Position numbers and translations under genes: made by a program. From Vitrella brassicaformis CCMP3155 (lineage: Eukaryota; Protista; Chromerida), in NCBI GenBank assembly GCA_001179505.1, contig CDMY01000294.1, forward strand, positions 1-64,000: a stretch of 64,000 nt of DNA, in the 5' to 3' direction. This document shows positions 62,601 to 64,000 of this stretch, piece after piece (position 1 is the first letter of the stretch; every line of letters begins with the position of its first letter). The notes under the pieces were generated by a model. That model had not been told where the DNA came from. It saw only the letters and a list, made by a program, of their open reading frames with translations, and made no database searches.

Positions 62601-63978
62601 CGGGGGGGTAGCAAGGTGGATGGTGACACGCTCCGACGAGCACCACCTCAGATCCTCTCTCAGCTTGAGGGTGGGCTTGGGCTGATCCAGCACTGATTAA
62701 TCAAACACACCACAGTCAGCGTAGCACACACAGTACGTCAGCAAATCACCCGTGTTGTGCGGCCAGCAGAGACTGTTTGGCTTACGTGGCTGGTGTGGCC
62801 GTGTTGGGTTGGCCCATAGGAAGCCGCTGACGGTCTCCATGACGGCCAGGCCCATGACTCGCTCCAGATGTCGACTTAGGGCATCCAAAAGGTCGCCAAG
62901 ACAGGCGTCACGATCCAACTCAAGGTACGTCTCCTCCATGCTGTGGTCGTCACACTGCAGGCAGACAGGCAGGCATCAGGCACACCAGTTGCACGACCGC
63001 CTGTGTGTGTATGTTATGTGTTTCTGTCTGCTTTTGTTTGTATGGTCACCCGTATAAGCACGATGAAGGTGTCATCAAAGCCGGCGATCGTTGCGCCCTC
63101 CAGTACATGTGCCTCGAAGTAGATGGCCTCCTCCCCGTCCCTCGCAGCCCCATGACGCTCAACCAGACTCCATTGCTCGTGGCCACGCAGGCCCAGGTCC
63201 CCCAGGCTGGCCCTCTGCCCGTCCTCCCTCCCAGGCAGCCTCCACCGTTGGTCGACCACACGGATGGCGTCTTGCGGGCAGTCGCATGACGACAGCAGCT
63301 GGCCGATGTCGGCAGATGGCAGCCAGAATGGAGGCGAAAAGTCATGACTGTCGCTGGCGTCCACCATGGGTGTGTCGCCGTCCACGGCGGGGGAGAAGTG
63401 CTCGGCGGCTTCGCCGTGGGGGGAGGGCATCTGGATGAGCACTTGTGAGGGCCACTCGAGCATGAGGGCCTGGTCGGCAGTCAGCACACCCGAGGGCGAC
63501 ACCGCACAGCCAGGACGCCCGCCGGCTGCAGGCAGACACACGGAACAGAATAAACACATTTCAGCAAGCCAGGTATTCCCTCGCTTCGTGTTTGTCTCTC
63601 TGTCTTGCTCACCTTGAACCTTCCTGAGTCTGAGCGGCATGAACTTGGGTATCCCGTCACAGACCACACGCAACGCATCCAACAACAGCGCACCCGTCAG
63701 CCGACCACCAGACGAAGCAGGACAACAAGAAGTAGACGAAGGTGACGACGACGATGGAACTGACACGGGGACCGCGGGCAGCCTGATGTCCATGCCCTGG
63801 ATCCTCACTGTCACGCTGCGATGCCGCACCCTCTCCAGCCTCATCGCCACCGTCGGCACCACATGCCGGCTCACGTACTGCTTCGACGCCCGCCCTGGAT
63901 GCGGCCGCATCATCGACCTGGGGCTGGTCGAGATGCGCAGGACCTTGCCGTCGCGCGATGACCGGGGTGAGGTGTCGT
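59648..63978 (-). CDS. WD40-repeat protein, 5' end outside the window
   Basis: DARQFEFHP, PILGLAWL, FEQLSSLSVN, HINILRFSNHSPHIFATSSFDQTCKLWDLR, NVMCCFSPDDRFLL, EYVQSLRGHP. The most 5' exon begins at an acceptor at 63978. Confidence 0.8.
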
Positions 63979-64000
63979 CTGTGTGAGGGGGAGCGGAGGA

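Noticed and set aside
1-64000. rRNA, tRNA, spliced-leader or transposase/reverse-transcriptase sequences
   Set aside because: None recognised by eye; tRNAscan-SE, Infernal and RepeatMasker would be needed to exclude them.

Overview
Gene-dense, GC-rich eukaryotic DNA whose short GT-AG introns are filled with (GT)n, (GTCT)n and (GGAT)n microsatellites. This style strongly suggests a chromerid alveolate such as Vitrella (inference). I hand-spliced about 23 protein-coding genes, mostly arranged as compact head-to-head pairs. Recognisable genes: two asparaginyl-tRNA synthetases (one GST-fused, one with an organelle-targeting leader), CRY-DASH, a CTD small phosphatase, a mitochondrial carrier, two WD40 proteins, a NO VEIN/sacsin-like GHKL ATPase with a DUF3883-like C-terminus, and transglutaminase-like, CRAL-TRIO, DUF900, PXA-type sorting nexin, SEN34 and NYN-domain genes. 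A non-RD kinase gene is present twice as a ~2.2 kb inverted duplication around an ~8.7 kb spacer. The most unusual items are (1) a secreted precursor holding three Tyr/His-rich peptides, each bounded by R-x-L motifs and encoded by its own exon, and (2) a secreted protein with four copies of an unassigned 6-Cys module. I found no rRNA, tRNA, CRISPR array or transposase. Splice models and sequence comparisons were made by eye, so boundaries are approximate.
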